Below are positions 26,989 to 39,400 of a DNA stretch of 64,000 nucleotides, one piece after another (position 1 is the first letter of the stretch; each line of letters begins with the position of its first letter). Under the pieces are notes generated by a model, which made no database searches, had not been told where the DNA came from, and saw only the letters and a list, made by a program, of their open reading frames with translations. The position numbers were made by a program, and so were the translations under genes. This stretch comes from the human T2T-CHM13v2.0 reference genome, Homo sapiens. Location: NCBI RefSeq assembly GCF_009914755.1, contig NC_060944.1. One strand, 5' to 3'.

Positions 26989-27795
26989 TCCCCACTCCAC
27001 ACTGGGACAGATCCTGGAGAGGCAAACCCCAAATACCCTCCCTAACCAGAAACCGAAATACCAAAATCCACTAGATCCCAGCCCTTACAGCTGCCTTCAG
27101 AAGGGACAGAGCAGAGGGCCACCCCCTCACACGCACACAGGGGCTGACCATCCAAGGTTGCCAATCACCTGGCTGCGAGCAGCCCTGTTCCCACGGGGAC
27201 ACTGACCGCTCCGAGTGCCCGGCATTCAGGCCTCGAGCCACCCACTCTGCACTGCACGGGGCCTCCTTGGAACGTGTCCCTCCCCAGAGGCCGTTTCTCT
27301 GTGGGATGGCGCTGCTCTGTGGGGAGGACCCCACCTCCCTCCTTCACGACGACCTGCCCTCACCTGGCTCGTCTCTTGGTAGACACTGTCCCACGCATCT
27401 CTGTCATTTGCATGCCACCGTGGTGACAGTCTTCCTGGCCACGGGTGTGACAGGGCCTTTTAGTTTCTGACTGACACAGTCACAGCCCGATTTCACCTGA
27501 TTCCACTTACAAAGGCAGGTTTCCCTTCCCAGCCTCACATGGAGGTGGTCTCCGTGGAGTTCAAGAGGATGTGGGCTGGGAGGAGGGGCAGCAAAGAACC
27601 CCAGCACACCCCAAGCAGGAGGGGGCAGCGTCCATCCGGCCATCTGGAGACAGCCAAGACCCTTGGCCACTGCAGATCCCCCCACTGAGCCTGCCCCCAT
27701 CCCCACTCCACACTGGAACACATGCTGGAGGGGCAAACCCCAAATACCCTCCCTAACCAGAAACCAAAATACCAAAATCCACCAGATCCCAGCCC
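26989..27795 (+). repeat. 96-bp direct duplication (26989-27084 and 27700-27795)
   Basis: ..GGCAAACCCCAAATACCCTCCCTAACCAGAAACC(G/A)AAATACCAAAATCCAC.. present twice, about 6 mismatches. Confidence 0.95.
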
Positions 27796-27899
27796 AGCAT
27801 GGCCAGATAGTCTGACTTTCCAACGAAGTCGAAAATACAGATTTTTAGAATTAAAATGTAAATGCTGGCAACTAATTCAAATTCAATTTTGTGGTGGTG

Positions 27900-28116
27900 T
27901 TTTTTTTTTGTTGTTGTTTTTGCATGGAGGGCTTTCTGGTGAAAACCAGACCCCACCTGGGAGCAGGCCCCGGGGGGATGGCTGTGGGAGAAGGGGACCC
28001 CTTCCCCGCAAGTACAAAGAACAGGCCACGAGCTGGGCACAGATGCCTCTTCCCGAGCCCACCTGGGAGTGACAACCGGAAAACGTGCTAGACAAATTCT
28101 GAAAGAGCTGTAACAC
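27900..28116 (-). pseudogene. U7 snRNA retropseudogene split by a ~123-bp insertion
   Basis: Minus strand GTGTTACAGCTCTTTCAGAATTTGTCTAGCACGTTTTCCGGTT (28116-28074, intact U7 Sm site AAUUUGUCUAG), then insert, then TCTGGTTTTCACCAGAAAGCCCT (27950-27928) and an A-rich tail. Confidence 0.9.
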
Positions 28117-28189
28117 CTTACATTATTTTAAAAGTCCCCAGGTTGAGTTAATCCCAGACCCTTTACAGCTTTTTCCTTCTGATTGGTGA

Positions 28190-28480
28190 GGCCTCAGCTC
28201 AAATGTCACCTCCTCAGAGAGGCCCTCCCCCATGGCCCTATTTAAGTAGCCCCCACCAGAGTCTCAGTCAGCGACACGCACCCTTCATTTCCTTCTTGGC
28301 GCTGACCCCTACCTGCAAGTGCCTCGTCATTTGCGGTTGGCATCTGCACTGTCCGTCTCCACCAGCACTTAGGCTCCGTGAGGACAGACGCACGTCGCCT
28401 TGTGCCCTGGTGAATCCCAAATCCCTGCCCTGAGCGCAGTGCCTGGCACAGAACAGACACAGGCAATGAGTGCTGCTGAA
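28190..28480 (+). mobile_element. L2 3' fragment
   Basis: CTCAGCTCAAATGTCACCTCCTCAGAGAGGCCCTCCC..GCAGTGCCTGGCACA. Confidence 0.75.
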
Positions 28481-29682
28481 AGTTCCCCATGGAGCCAGTG
28501 GTGATCTGTCCAGGCTCTACAGCCCTCCCGCTAAACGTGTTCAGAGACGGGGACGCTGGGGCCATCCTCCTTGCTCCACTCCTGGTGAAGAGCCCTCAGA
28601 CCCATAAGATGGGCTTGTCCATATCACTTTCTCAGGTGAGCCTCATACATAAGCAGGTTCAGTGGGTTAACCAAGCCTACATCTTTAACCCACGTGATAA
28701 CCACAGTACCAGGTTTCTGCCATCAAATCTTTTCTATCCTCAGTCCTGCCTTGGGAATTCAAACTCACCCAGAATTCAGAGTTTCACAGACTCAGAAGAG
28801 AATGTGATGCCAGATTGTTCTGAAATGTTTGGTTTTAAAGCAAGATCAAATGATTACATTTGTGATCTGAAATCATTTGATTGTATCAAGCCATATCCCC
28901 TTCCAAATTATTTTCTTTAAATTCTCCCCAGAACGGGGAGCAGTATTAATTGTTTCCAATGAAAAGACTGCCCCTTTCATCAAAGCCATGAGCTTTATCT
29001 GCTGTTTTTGAATATAACGCCGACTTAGTAAAAGTGATTGTAAATAGCAGGTCTTCTTTGTGCATTTTGTGCTTCCAAATGTGCTACTTGGAATAAAGAA
29101 GTGAAAAGTTTAAAAATCCTCTCTTGTAAATGTTTGGAAATTGCACTAGAGTTATTTCTTGCTCTTTGAGGGGAGAGGTCACCCTGCAAACATACAGTCA
29201 CACCTGTTCGGCTCCCCCGGGTTTTGAATGTCACTAAACCCCCACTTCCCCCCTACCTTGGCAGGTCAGACTCTGTGAAGGATGCTCACTGTCTGTACGA
29301 CCTCACACCAGGCACAGGGACTGGGGGAAAGAGACACATCTGGCTTGTGGGACATTCCTGCAAGGCCAATTTTCTGGTAGGGAGGTGACACCTGCAAAGG
29401 AATCTCTCATTTCTCCCAGCTCCAGCCAGTTTCAACAACAGGTGGGGTTTTCTTTCCTCTCAATTGTTATAGATTTCTTTTCTAATAATCAAAGTCATGA
29501 CTCATTTTGAAAGTTTTTAAAAATAGAAGAAAACAAGATTTTAAATCACACGTGATACCAACACCAAAGATAAGCAGCATTCGCATTTTGCTATGTAGTG
29601 CTCCTGTTAGACATACACACACATATGATCACACTTACACACTTATGCATTTTTGCTTCATTAAAATAGAATAAAGCTTTAT

Positions 29683-29962
<280 letters not shown>

Positions 29963-30162
29963 AGAGCTTTGTTTACACTAAACAATATTTTGTGTCCATA
30001 TTTACACATAGATAACAACAGATCACTATCATTTTTGGTATGGGCATATGTAGATATAAGTATTACATGAATTTCCTACTTTTTATCCAGTTATGGTCAT
30101 ATCACCTATCAGTGATTTAACTTCAGCCAAGACAGAAGTTTATCTCATGAAAACCAAGACTG

Positions 30163-30476
<314 letters not shown>

Positions 30477-30650
30477 TCAGTCTAGGGTGGCGTTAGGGAC
30501 TTTCATTTCCTTCCAGAGGACATTCTGCTATCCGCAGGGTAGAAGCCTAATCCTCAAGGTTCAAGGTGACAAGAATAGCTCCAACCATCATATGCTTATT
30601 CCAGGAAGCAGGTCAAAGGATGGAACAACTAAGAAATGACATTAAAGATA

Positions 30651-31060
30651 TGTGTCAGTCCATCTGCATTGCTATAAAGGAATACCTGAGGCTGGTTATT
30701 TATAGAAGAGAGGTTTAATTGGCTCACAGTTCTGCAGGCTGTACAAGCATGGCACCAGCATCTGCTCCTGGGGAGGCCTCAGGAAGCTTCCAATCATGGC
30801 AGAAGGTGAAAGGGAAGCAGGTACATCACATGGCGAGAGAAAGAGCAAGAGAGGGAGGAGGATGTGCCAACCCCTTTAAACAACCAGATCTCCCATAAAC
30901 TCAGAGCAAGAATTCAGTCATTGCCATCAGGATGGCACCAAGCCATTGTGAGAGGGATCTGCCCACATCACCAAAACACCTCCCACCAGGCCCCACCTCC
31001 AACATCAGGGATCACATTTCAACATGAGATTTGGAGGGGACCAACATCCAAACCATATCA
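30651..31060 (-). mobile_element. MSTA/MSTB MaLR solo LTR
   Basis: TG..CA termini; 5-bp TSD AGATA/AGACA; GCATTGCTATAAAGGAATACCTGAGGCTGG..CATCCAAACCATATCA. Confidence 0.9.
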
Positions 31061-31902
31061 AGACAGAAGTTACAGAAGGGGGTCTCCAAAAATACCACCC
31101 AACACTTTTATTGCCTCCCATTGGCCAGAACCTGGTCACATGGCCACAACTCACTGCAAGGAAGCCTGGGAAAATGTAGCCTGTGCCCGCCCACTAGGAG
31201 AGGGGAGCACTGGTGCCAGGGTGTGGGACCACCAGTGGGCATTTATGCTTCCTACTTCTTTCTTCTTATAAAAATCCTTGAGATTCATCTTTCCATATTT
31301 TTCTGACTATTTCCTAGGGATCAATGCCTATAAATGAAATTTGGGACCAAAAGTTACGCACCTTCATTGGCCAGTTGCAAAATTGCCCTCTAGAAAAGTT
31401 GTACCAACGAACTCACCCAAGAGGTGGGGTTCTATTTCATGAAATGTTTCTCCACCCCACATTTCCTTTTAATCCACACCCTTTGGCCTTTATTAGGCTT
31501 AGACATCTCTTCAGAATCCGTGCTTCCTACATCATAATCTTGGGATTCAATACATGTTTTTCATTCGGGTTATTATTAATATCAGATTTATCTAACTATG
31601 CGTGAACCCAGCCACAGCCTTAGGGAAAGAGATGTATCTTTCAGTGCTGAAGAGAATAAAAATGAATAATCCTCAGAGACTTTGAAACTGAAGTGGGCAG
31701 GCAAGGGTGGAAAGAACAGATCTCATTCTACGAAGTGCATGGAGGGATATTCACAGAGCATGTAGTGCTGAGTAGAGCGGAACAGGCACCCGGGGACACC
31801 CAGAGAGCAGCCTTTCCTCAACAGAAAAGGAGTGAGCACCACACAGAGCTGCAGAAAGGGAATCCCAGACAGGGGTAACAGTAGATGCAAAGGCCCCATG
31901 GC

Positions 31903-32010
31903 AGGCACCAACTTGTCCAGGTTTGCCCAGAACTTTCTCAGTTTTAACACTAGAAATCCCATATCCCAGGAAAATTCTGAGTCTCAGCCAAGCTGGGATG
32001 ATTTGCCTGA
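31903..32010. mobile_element. MER81-like hAT MITE
   Basis: GTCCAGGTTTGCCCAGAACTTTCTCAGTTTTAACACTAGAAATCCC. Confidence 0.55.
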
Positions 32011-32129
32011 AACTGCCCTGTTATAAAACTGAGAGGTCTGTGCCCCATGACCCTCCTCAGTCCTGAGCAAGCTGAGGCAGTGGGTCGCCCTAGACTGGAA
32101 CGACATGCATGATGGTGGGAAGAGCCAGT

Positions 32130-32550
32130 GACTCTCTTTCATGTCCTCTCTCCCCTCAACCTCAGGAGTCACCCAGGTGGGCACTGGCATCCAGGATGAA
32201 AACTTCCCAGCACCCCTAGCAGCAAGCAGAGGCCACGTGACCAGGCAGTGACCAATGCACATGAGGCCAGTGCACAGCAACTGCCATTAGAGGAAGGAAG
32301 ATTTGTGTCCTCTTGTTCTCTTCTCCCCTCCCTGCTGGCTGGCAGTAGATAGGATGGACACTGTGGGGGAAGCTATACCCTAAGGAAGTCAGAGCAGCAA
32401 GATGGAAGTAGCCTAAGACCCTGAAAAATGCACAGAGAAGAATGACCCGACTGGCTTGGACTTTCATGTGAAAGGAATGAACCTCTGTCTTAGTAAAGCC
32501 ACCGTCATTCAGGGTCCTTGTCACATTCACTGAGGCTGTAACATAATTGT
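32130..32550. mobile_element. MaLR LTR (MLT1-type)
   Basis: TTCCCAGCACCCCTAGCAGC..GGCCACGTGACC..AAAGCCAC motifs. Confidence 0.55.
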
Positions 32551-33080
32551 TAGAAAGAACAGGAGCGGGAGGGGGGATGGAGTCGGAGAGGCAGGCAGAG
32601 GTCAGATCACATCGGGCCCGTAGGCCAAGGCGGAGGAAGAAACAGGCAACATAGGACTCAAGGACCACACCTGCTCCCAGGCAAAGGGAGTTTGCTGTGG
32701 GTGCCCCTCTCTGTCTGTGTGTCCAGTGTGTGGATATTCTTTATACCTTGCCCATATTGTACAAATACTTTTTTCTATTCAATATTTAGAAGACATTGCA
32801 TTAAATAGCAAGATGGCAGATGAACATCAGGAAGGAACATTAGGGACATCCACAGTGTTCCATCCAGGAACCTTCACCGTGGAAACCCTTGTGCTCATGG
32901 GCGTGGTCTCAACACACAGTCAGCTGTTGGGGATCAGAGGCCGCACTCACCGGAGCAGTGAGGCAGAACTAACTGGGAGAGGGTCCTTCTGTGACACCTA
33001 CTGCATCACCGGGCTGTGTGAAGTGACTCAGCTGCCAGAACTCACACAATATCATTCTACACCAAAACCTCATGGGAAAA

Positions 33081-33089
33081 ATGGTAAGT
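33081..33089 (+). other. Candidate 5' splice donor ATG|GTAAGT
   Basis: Consensus GTAAGT at 33084-33089; no expression evidence available. Confidence 0.3.
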
Positions 33090-33339
33090 TCTCAGTTTCT
33101 CCATTAATAGCAACTCTCAGATTAATCGCTGTCCTCCATCGCTTCTCCATGAAACAACTTTTTATAGCTTTGCTTGCGTCTATTTTTCCATTTTTTTTAA
33201 TTTTGCTAACTGATTGAAAGATATATATTGTGTGTGTGTGATTTTGTCTCTGTCAGCCAGGATAATCATGGTTTAATTCTTATTATTTTTATTACCAACA
33301 TCCTTTAGTTTTTTAAGCTTTTCAATTCCTAAGGGTATT

Positions 33340-33528
33340 AATCAAGATCTTTCTGTCTCATGAGACACAGAAAACAAATCCAAACTGTGTAAGAGGAAAA
33401 AGAATGCATTCATCACTAGCATTGAGGAGTTCCCAAGCTTAGCTTGCTTGGGGTACAGCTACGTCTACCATTTCCAGGGTCATCCTGTAACTCTCTCTCT
33501 CTGCTTCCCCAACTTTGGCTCCATGTTT
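33340..33528. mobile_element. Old MaLR-like LTR fragment running into the satellite
   Basis: CAAGATCTTTCTGTC..ACAGAAAACAAATCCAAACTG..AAAAAGAATG, resembling the elements at 6880 and 18700. Confidence 0.4.
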
Positions 33529-35260
33529 AGCTCCACGACCCTCAGGCTTAAACAGCTGTACTGGCCGCTCCCCAGATCTCCAGCTCCCTGACCCTCAAAC
33601 TCCAACTGCAGCACCAGCTCCGCCCCGGGTCTCCAGCTCCACAATCCTCAAACTACAACAGCAGCACCAGCTCCCCTGTGGATCTCCAGCTCAATGACTC
33701 TCAGACTTGGGAGGCGGCACCGGCTCCCCACCAAGCCTCCAGCTCCACAACCCTCCAACTAGAAAGCAGCACCGGCTACTCCCTGGGTCTCCAGTTCCCT
33801 CAAACTTCAGCTATAGCACTGGCTCTTCCCCGTGGCCACCAGCTCTGCAACCCTCAACTTACACAGTGGTAGCACCAGCTCCTCCCTAGGTCTCCAGCTA
33901 CACGACCGTCAAAATTGAACTGCAACACCAGCTCCTCTTCGGCCTCCAGCTCCACAATCCTCCAACAACAACAGCAACACCGGCTCCTCCCTGAATCTCC
34001 AGCTCAACAACCCTCAGACTTGAGAGGCAGCACCGGCACCTCCCCAAGACTCCAGCTCCATGACCCTCAGATTTGAACAGCGGTAGCACCAGCTCCTGTC
34101 CAGGTCTCCAGCTTCACGATCCTTAAACTAGAACAGCAGTACCGCCGCCTCCGTAGGTTTCCAGTTCCATGATCCTAAGACATGAATGAAAGAACTGGGT
34201 CACCCCAGGGCTCCAACTCCAAGACCCACAGATTTGAACGGCAGCACCGGCTCTTCCTGGGATCTGCAGCTCCACAGCCTTCAAACTAGATCAGCAGCTC
34301 CGACTCCTCCCTGGGTCTCCAGCTACACAATCCTCAGACATGAACAATAGCACCGGCTCCTCCTTGGGTCTCCAGCTTCACTACCCTCAGACTAGAACAG
34401 CAACACCAGTTCCTCCCTGGGTCTCCAGCTCTACAATCCTCAGACATAAACAGCAGAAGCACCAGCTCCTACCCTTGTCTCCACTTCCACGACCCTCAAA
34501 CTACAACAGCAGTACCGGCCTCTCCCCAGGTCTCCAGATCCATGACCCTCAAAATAGAATGGCATCATCGGATCCCTCCTGGGTCTCCAGCTCCCAAACC
34601 CTCAAACTTCAATTGACACACCGGATCCTCCCCACAGTTAAACAGCAGCACGGGCCGTTCCCAAAAGCTCCAGATCCACGACCCTCTGACTTAAATGGCA
34701 GTAGCACCGGCTCCTCCCTAGGTCTCCAGTTCCACAACCCTCAAACTACACAGCAGCACCGGCTCCTCCCCAGGTCCACAACTCCACCACCCTCATACGA
34801 GACACCAAGACTACCTCCTCCCCGCTCTCCAGCTACACGACCCTCAGTCTTGAACAGCAGCAGCTCCTCCCTGTGCCTCAAGCCCCATGACCCTCAGACT
34901 TGAACAAGAACAACACCATCTCCCCCCAGGGCTCCAGCTCGGGGACCCACAGATTTAAACAGCAGCACCGGCTCTTCCTGTGATCTCCAGCTCCACTAAC
35001 CTCAAACTAGAATAGCAGCACCAGCTCCTCCTTGGGTCTCCAGCTTCACTACCGTCAGGCTAGAACAGCAACACCGGTTCCTCCCTGGGTCTCCAGCTCA
35101 ATGACTCTCAGATTTGAAAGGCAGCACCGGCTCCTCACAAAGTTTCTGGCTCCAAGGCCCTCAAACTAGAATAGCAGCAGCTGCTGCATCTTGGGTCTCC
35201 AGCTCCACAACCCTCAAAGTAGAAAAGCAGCCCTGGCTCCTCCCCGAGTCTCCAGCTCCT

Positions 35261-35515
35261 CAAGTCTGAGGGTTGTAGAGCTGGAGACCCGGGGAGGAGT
35301 CAGTGCTGCTGTTCTACTTTGAGGGTCGTGGATCTGGAGACCCAGGGTGGAGCCGGTGCTGCTGTTCTAGTGTGAGGGTCATGGAGCTGGAAGACCCCGG
35401 GAGGAGCTGCTGCTGCTGTTCTAGTGTGAGGGTCATGGAGCTGGAAGACCCCAGGAGGAGCTGCTGCTGCTCTCCTAGTTTGAAGGTCATGGAGCTGGAG
35501 ACCCGGAAAGGAGCC
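35261..35515 (-). repeat. Inverted block of ~5 monomers inside the array
   Basis: GAGGGTC..GGAGCTGGAGACCC..GGAGGAGC..TGCTGCTGTTCTAG is the reverse complement of the flank monomer. Confidence 0.95.
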
Positions 35516-36402
35516 ATTTGAACAGCAGCACTGGCCCCTCCCCAGGTCTCAGGCTCCACGACGCTCAGACTTAAAAAGCTATAGTACGGGCTTCTCCCTG
35601 GGTCTCCAGCTCTACAACCCTCAGACATGAACAGCAGCACCGGCTCCTCCCCCTGTCTCCAGTTCCACGAACCTCAAACTACAACAGCAGTACCAGCCTC
35701 TCCCCAGGTCCCCAGATCCACGACCCTCAAAATAGAATGGCATCATCAGCTCCTCCCTGGGTCTCCAGCTCCCAAACCCTCAAACTTCAACGGACACAGC
35801 AGATCCTCCCCACAGTTAAACAGCAGCATGGGCTGTTCCCCAAAGCTCCAGATCCATGACCCTCTGACTTAAATGGTGGTAGCACCAGCTCCTCCCTAGG
35901 TCTCCAGTTCCATGACCCTCAAACTACACAGTAGCACCGGCCCCACCCCAGGTCCACAGCTCCACCAACCTCACATTAGACACTAAGACTACCTCCTCCC
36001 CACTCTCCAGCTACACAACCCTCAGCCTGAAACAACAGCAGCACCAGCTCTTACCTGGGTCTCCAGCACCACAACCCTCAGCCTTAAACAACAGCAGCAC
36101 CAGCTCCTCCCTGTGTCTCAAGCTCCACAACCCTCAGACTAGAACCGCACCCCTCCTCCCTGAGTCTGCAGCTCCATGACCCTCAAACTACAACAGCAAC
36201 ACAGGCTCCTCCCTGAATCTCCAGCTCAACAACTCTCAGACTTGAGAGGCAGAACCGGCAACTCCCCAGAACTCTAGATCTGTTCAGACTAGAACAGCAA
36301 CACCGGTTCCTCTCTGGATCTCCAGCTCAGTGACTCTCAGACTTCAAAGGCAGCACCAGCTCCTCCGTGGATCTCCAGATCCACAACATTCAAACCAACA
36401 TG

Positions 36403-39400
36403 GCTCCTCCCTGGGTCTGCAGCTCCACGACCCTCAAACTACAATAATATTGTTCCTACCTCGGTCTGCAGCTCCACGACCCTCAAACTAGAACAAGACC
36501 TCTCCTCCCTGGGCCGCCAGCTTCCTGACCTTCAAACTACAACAACACTGCTCCTCCCTGGGTCTGCAGGTCCATGACCCTCAGACCAGAACAAGACCTC
36601 TCCTCCCTGGGTCGCCAGCTTCCTGACCCTCGAATTACAACAACCTTGCTCCTCCCTGGGTCTGCAGCTCCACAACCCTGAAACTAGAACAAAATTTCTC
36701 CTACCTGAGTCGCCAGCTTCCTGACACTCGAACGACAACAAAATTGCTCCTCCCTGGGTCGGCAGCTTCAGGACCCTCAAACTCGAACAAGACTTCTCCT
36801 CCCCAGGTTGCCAGCTACCGGACCCTCAACTTACATCAACATTGCTCCTCCCTGGGTCTGCGGCTCCACGACCCTCAAACCAGAACAAGACCTCTCCTCC
36901 CTGGGTCGCCAGCTTTCTGACCCTCGAACTAAAACAACAATGCTCCTCCCTGGGTCAGCAGCTCCACGACCCTGAAACTAGAACAAGACCTCTCCTCCCT
37001 GGGTCGCCAGTTTCCGGACCCTTGAACTACAACAAAATGGCTCCTCCCTGGGTCTGCAGCTCCACGACCCTCGAACTCGAACAAGACTTATGTTCCCCAA
37101 GTTGCCAGCTACCAGACCCTCGAACTACAACAACATTGCTCCACCCTGGGTCTGTAGCTCCACGACCCTCAGACCGGATCAAGACCTCTCCTCCCTGGGT
37201 CGCCAGCTTCCGGACCCTCAAATTACAACAAAATTGCTCCTCCCTGGGTCGGCAGCTCCACGACCCTCACAATAGAACAAGACCTCTCCTCCCTGGGTCG
37301 CCAGCTTCCGGACCCTTGAACTACAACAAAATTGCTCCTCCCTGGGTTGGCAGCTCCACGACCCTCAAACTCCAACAAGACTTCTCCTCCCCGAGTTGCC
37401 AGCTGCCAGACCCTCGAATTACAACAACATTGCCCCTCCCTGGGTCTGCAGCTCCACGACCCTCAGACTAGTACAAGACCTCTCCCGGGGTCGCCAGCTT
37501 CCAGACCCTCAAACTACAACAAAATTGCTCCTCCCTGGGTCTGCAGCTCCACGACCCTCACACCAGAAGAAGACCTCTCCTCCCTGGGTCGCCAGCTTCC
37601 TGACCCTGGAACTACAACAAAATTGCTCCTCCCTGCGTCAGCAGCTCCACGACCCTCAGACCACAACAAGACCTCTCCTCCCTGGGTCGCCAGCTTTCTG
37701 ACCCTCGAACTATAACAACAATGCTCCTGCCTCAGTCTGCAGCTCCATGAACCTGAAACTAGAACAACACGTCTCCTCCCTAAGTCTCCAGCTTCCAGAT
37801 CCTCGAATTGCAACAACGTTGCTCCTGCCTGGGTCTTCAGCTCCACAAAAATCAATCTAGAACAAGACCTCTCCTCCCTGGGTCGCCAGCTTCCAGACCC
37901 TCGAACTACAACAAAATTGCTCCTCCCTGGGTCAGCAGCTCCACGACCCTCAGACCACAACAAGACCTCTCCTCCCTGGGTCGCCAGCTTTCTGACCCTC
38001 CAACTGTAACAATAATGCTCCTGCCTCAGTCTGCAGCTCCACGACCCTGAAACTAGAACAAGACGTCTCCTCCCTCAGTCTCCAGCTTCCGGATCCTCAA
38101 ATTGCAACAACCTTGCTCCTGCCTGGGTCCTCAGCTCCACAAAAATCAATGTAGAACAAGACCTCTCCTCCCTGGGTCGCCAGCTTCCTGACCCTCGAAC
38201 TACAACAAAATTGCTCCTCCCTGGGTCAGCAGCTCCACGACCCTCAGACCACAACAAGACCTCTCCTCCCTGGGTCGCCAGCTTTCTGAACCTCCAACTA
38301 TAACAACAATGCTCCTGCCTCAGTCTGCAGCTCCACGACCCTGAAACTAGAACAAGACGTCTCCTCCCTAAGTCTCCAGCTTCCGGATCCTCAAATTGCA
38401 ACAACCTTGCTCCTGCCTGGGTCCTCAGCTCCACAAAAATCAATCTAGAACAAGACCTCTCCTCCCTGGGTCGCCAGCTTCCTGACCCTCGAACTACAAC
38501 AAAATTGCTCCTCCCTGGGTCTGCAGCTCCACGACCCTCAAACTAGAACAAGACCTCTCCTCCCTGGGTCGCCAGCTTCCGGACCCTCGAATTACAACAA
38601 CGTTGCTCCTCCCTGGGTCAGCAGCTCCACGACCCTGAAACTAGAACAAAATTTCTCCTACCTGAGTCGCCAGCTTCCTGACACTTGAACGACAACAAAA
38701 TTGCTCCTCCCTGGGTCGGCAGCTCCACAACCCTCAAACTCGAACAAGACTTCTCCTCCCCAGGTTGCCAGCTACCAGACCCTCAACTTACATCAACATT
38801 GCTCCTCCCTGGGTCTGCGGCTCCACGACCCTCAAACCAGAACAAGACCTCTCCTCCCTGGGTCGCCAGCTTTCTGACCCTCGAACTAAAACAACAATGC
38901 TCCTCCCTGGGTCAGCAGCTCCACGACCCTGAAACTAGAACAAGACCTCTCCTCCCTGGGTCGCCAGTTTCCGGACCCTTGAACTACAACAAAATGGCTC
39001 CTCCCTGGGTCTGCAGCTCCACGACCCTCGAACTCGAACAAGACTTGTCTTCCCCAAGTTGCCAGCTACCAGAACCTCGAACTACAACAACATTGCTCCA
39101 CCCTGGGTCTGTAGCTCCACGACCCTCAGACCGGATCAAGACCTCTCCTCCCTGGGTCGCCAGCTTCCGGACCCTCAAATTACAACAAAATTGCTCCTCC
39201 CTGGGTCGGCAGCTCCACGACCCTCACAATAGAACAAGACCTCTCCTGCCTGGGTCGCCAGCTTCCGGACCCTTGAACTACAACAAAATTGCTCCTCCCT
39301 GGGTTGGCAGCTCCACGACCCTCAAACTCCAACAAGACTTCTCCTCCCCGAGTTGCCAGATGCCAGACCCTCGAATTACAACAACATTGCCCCTCCCTGG

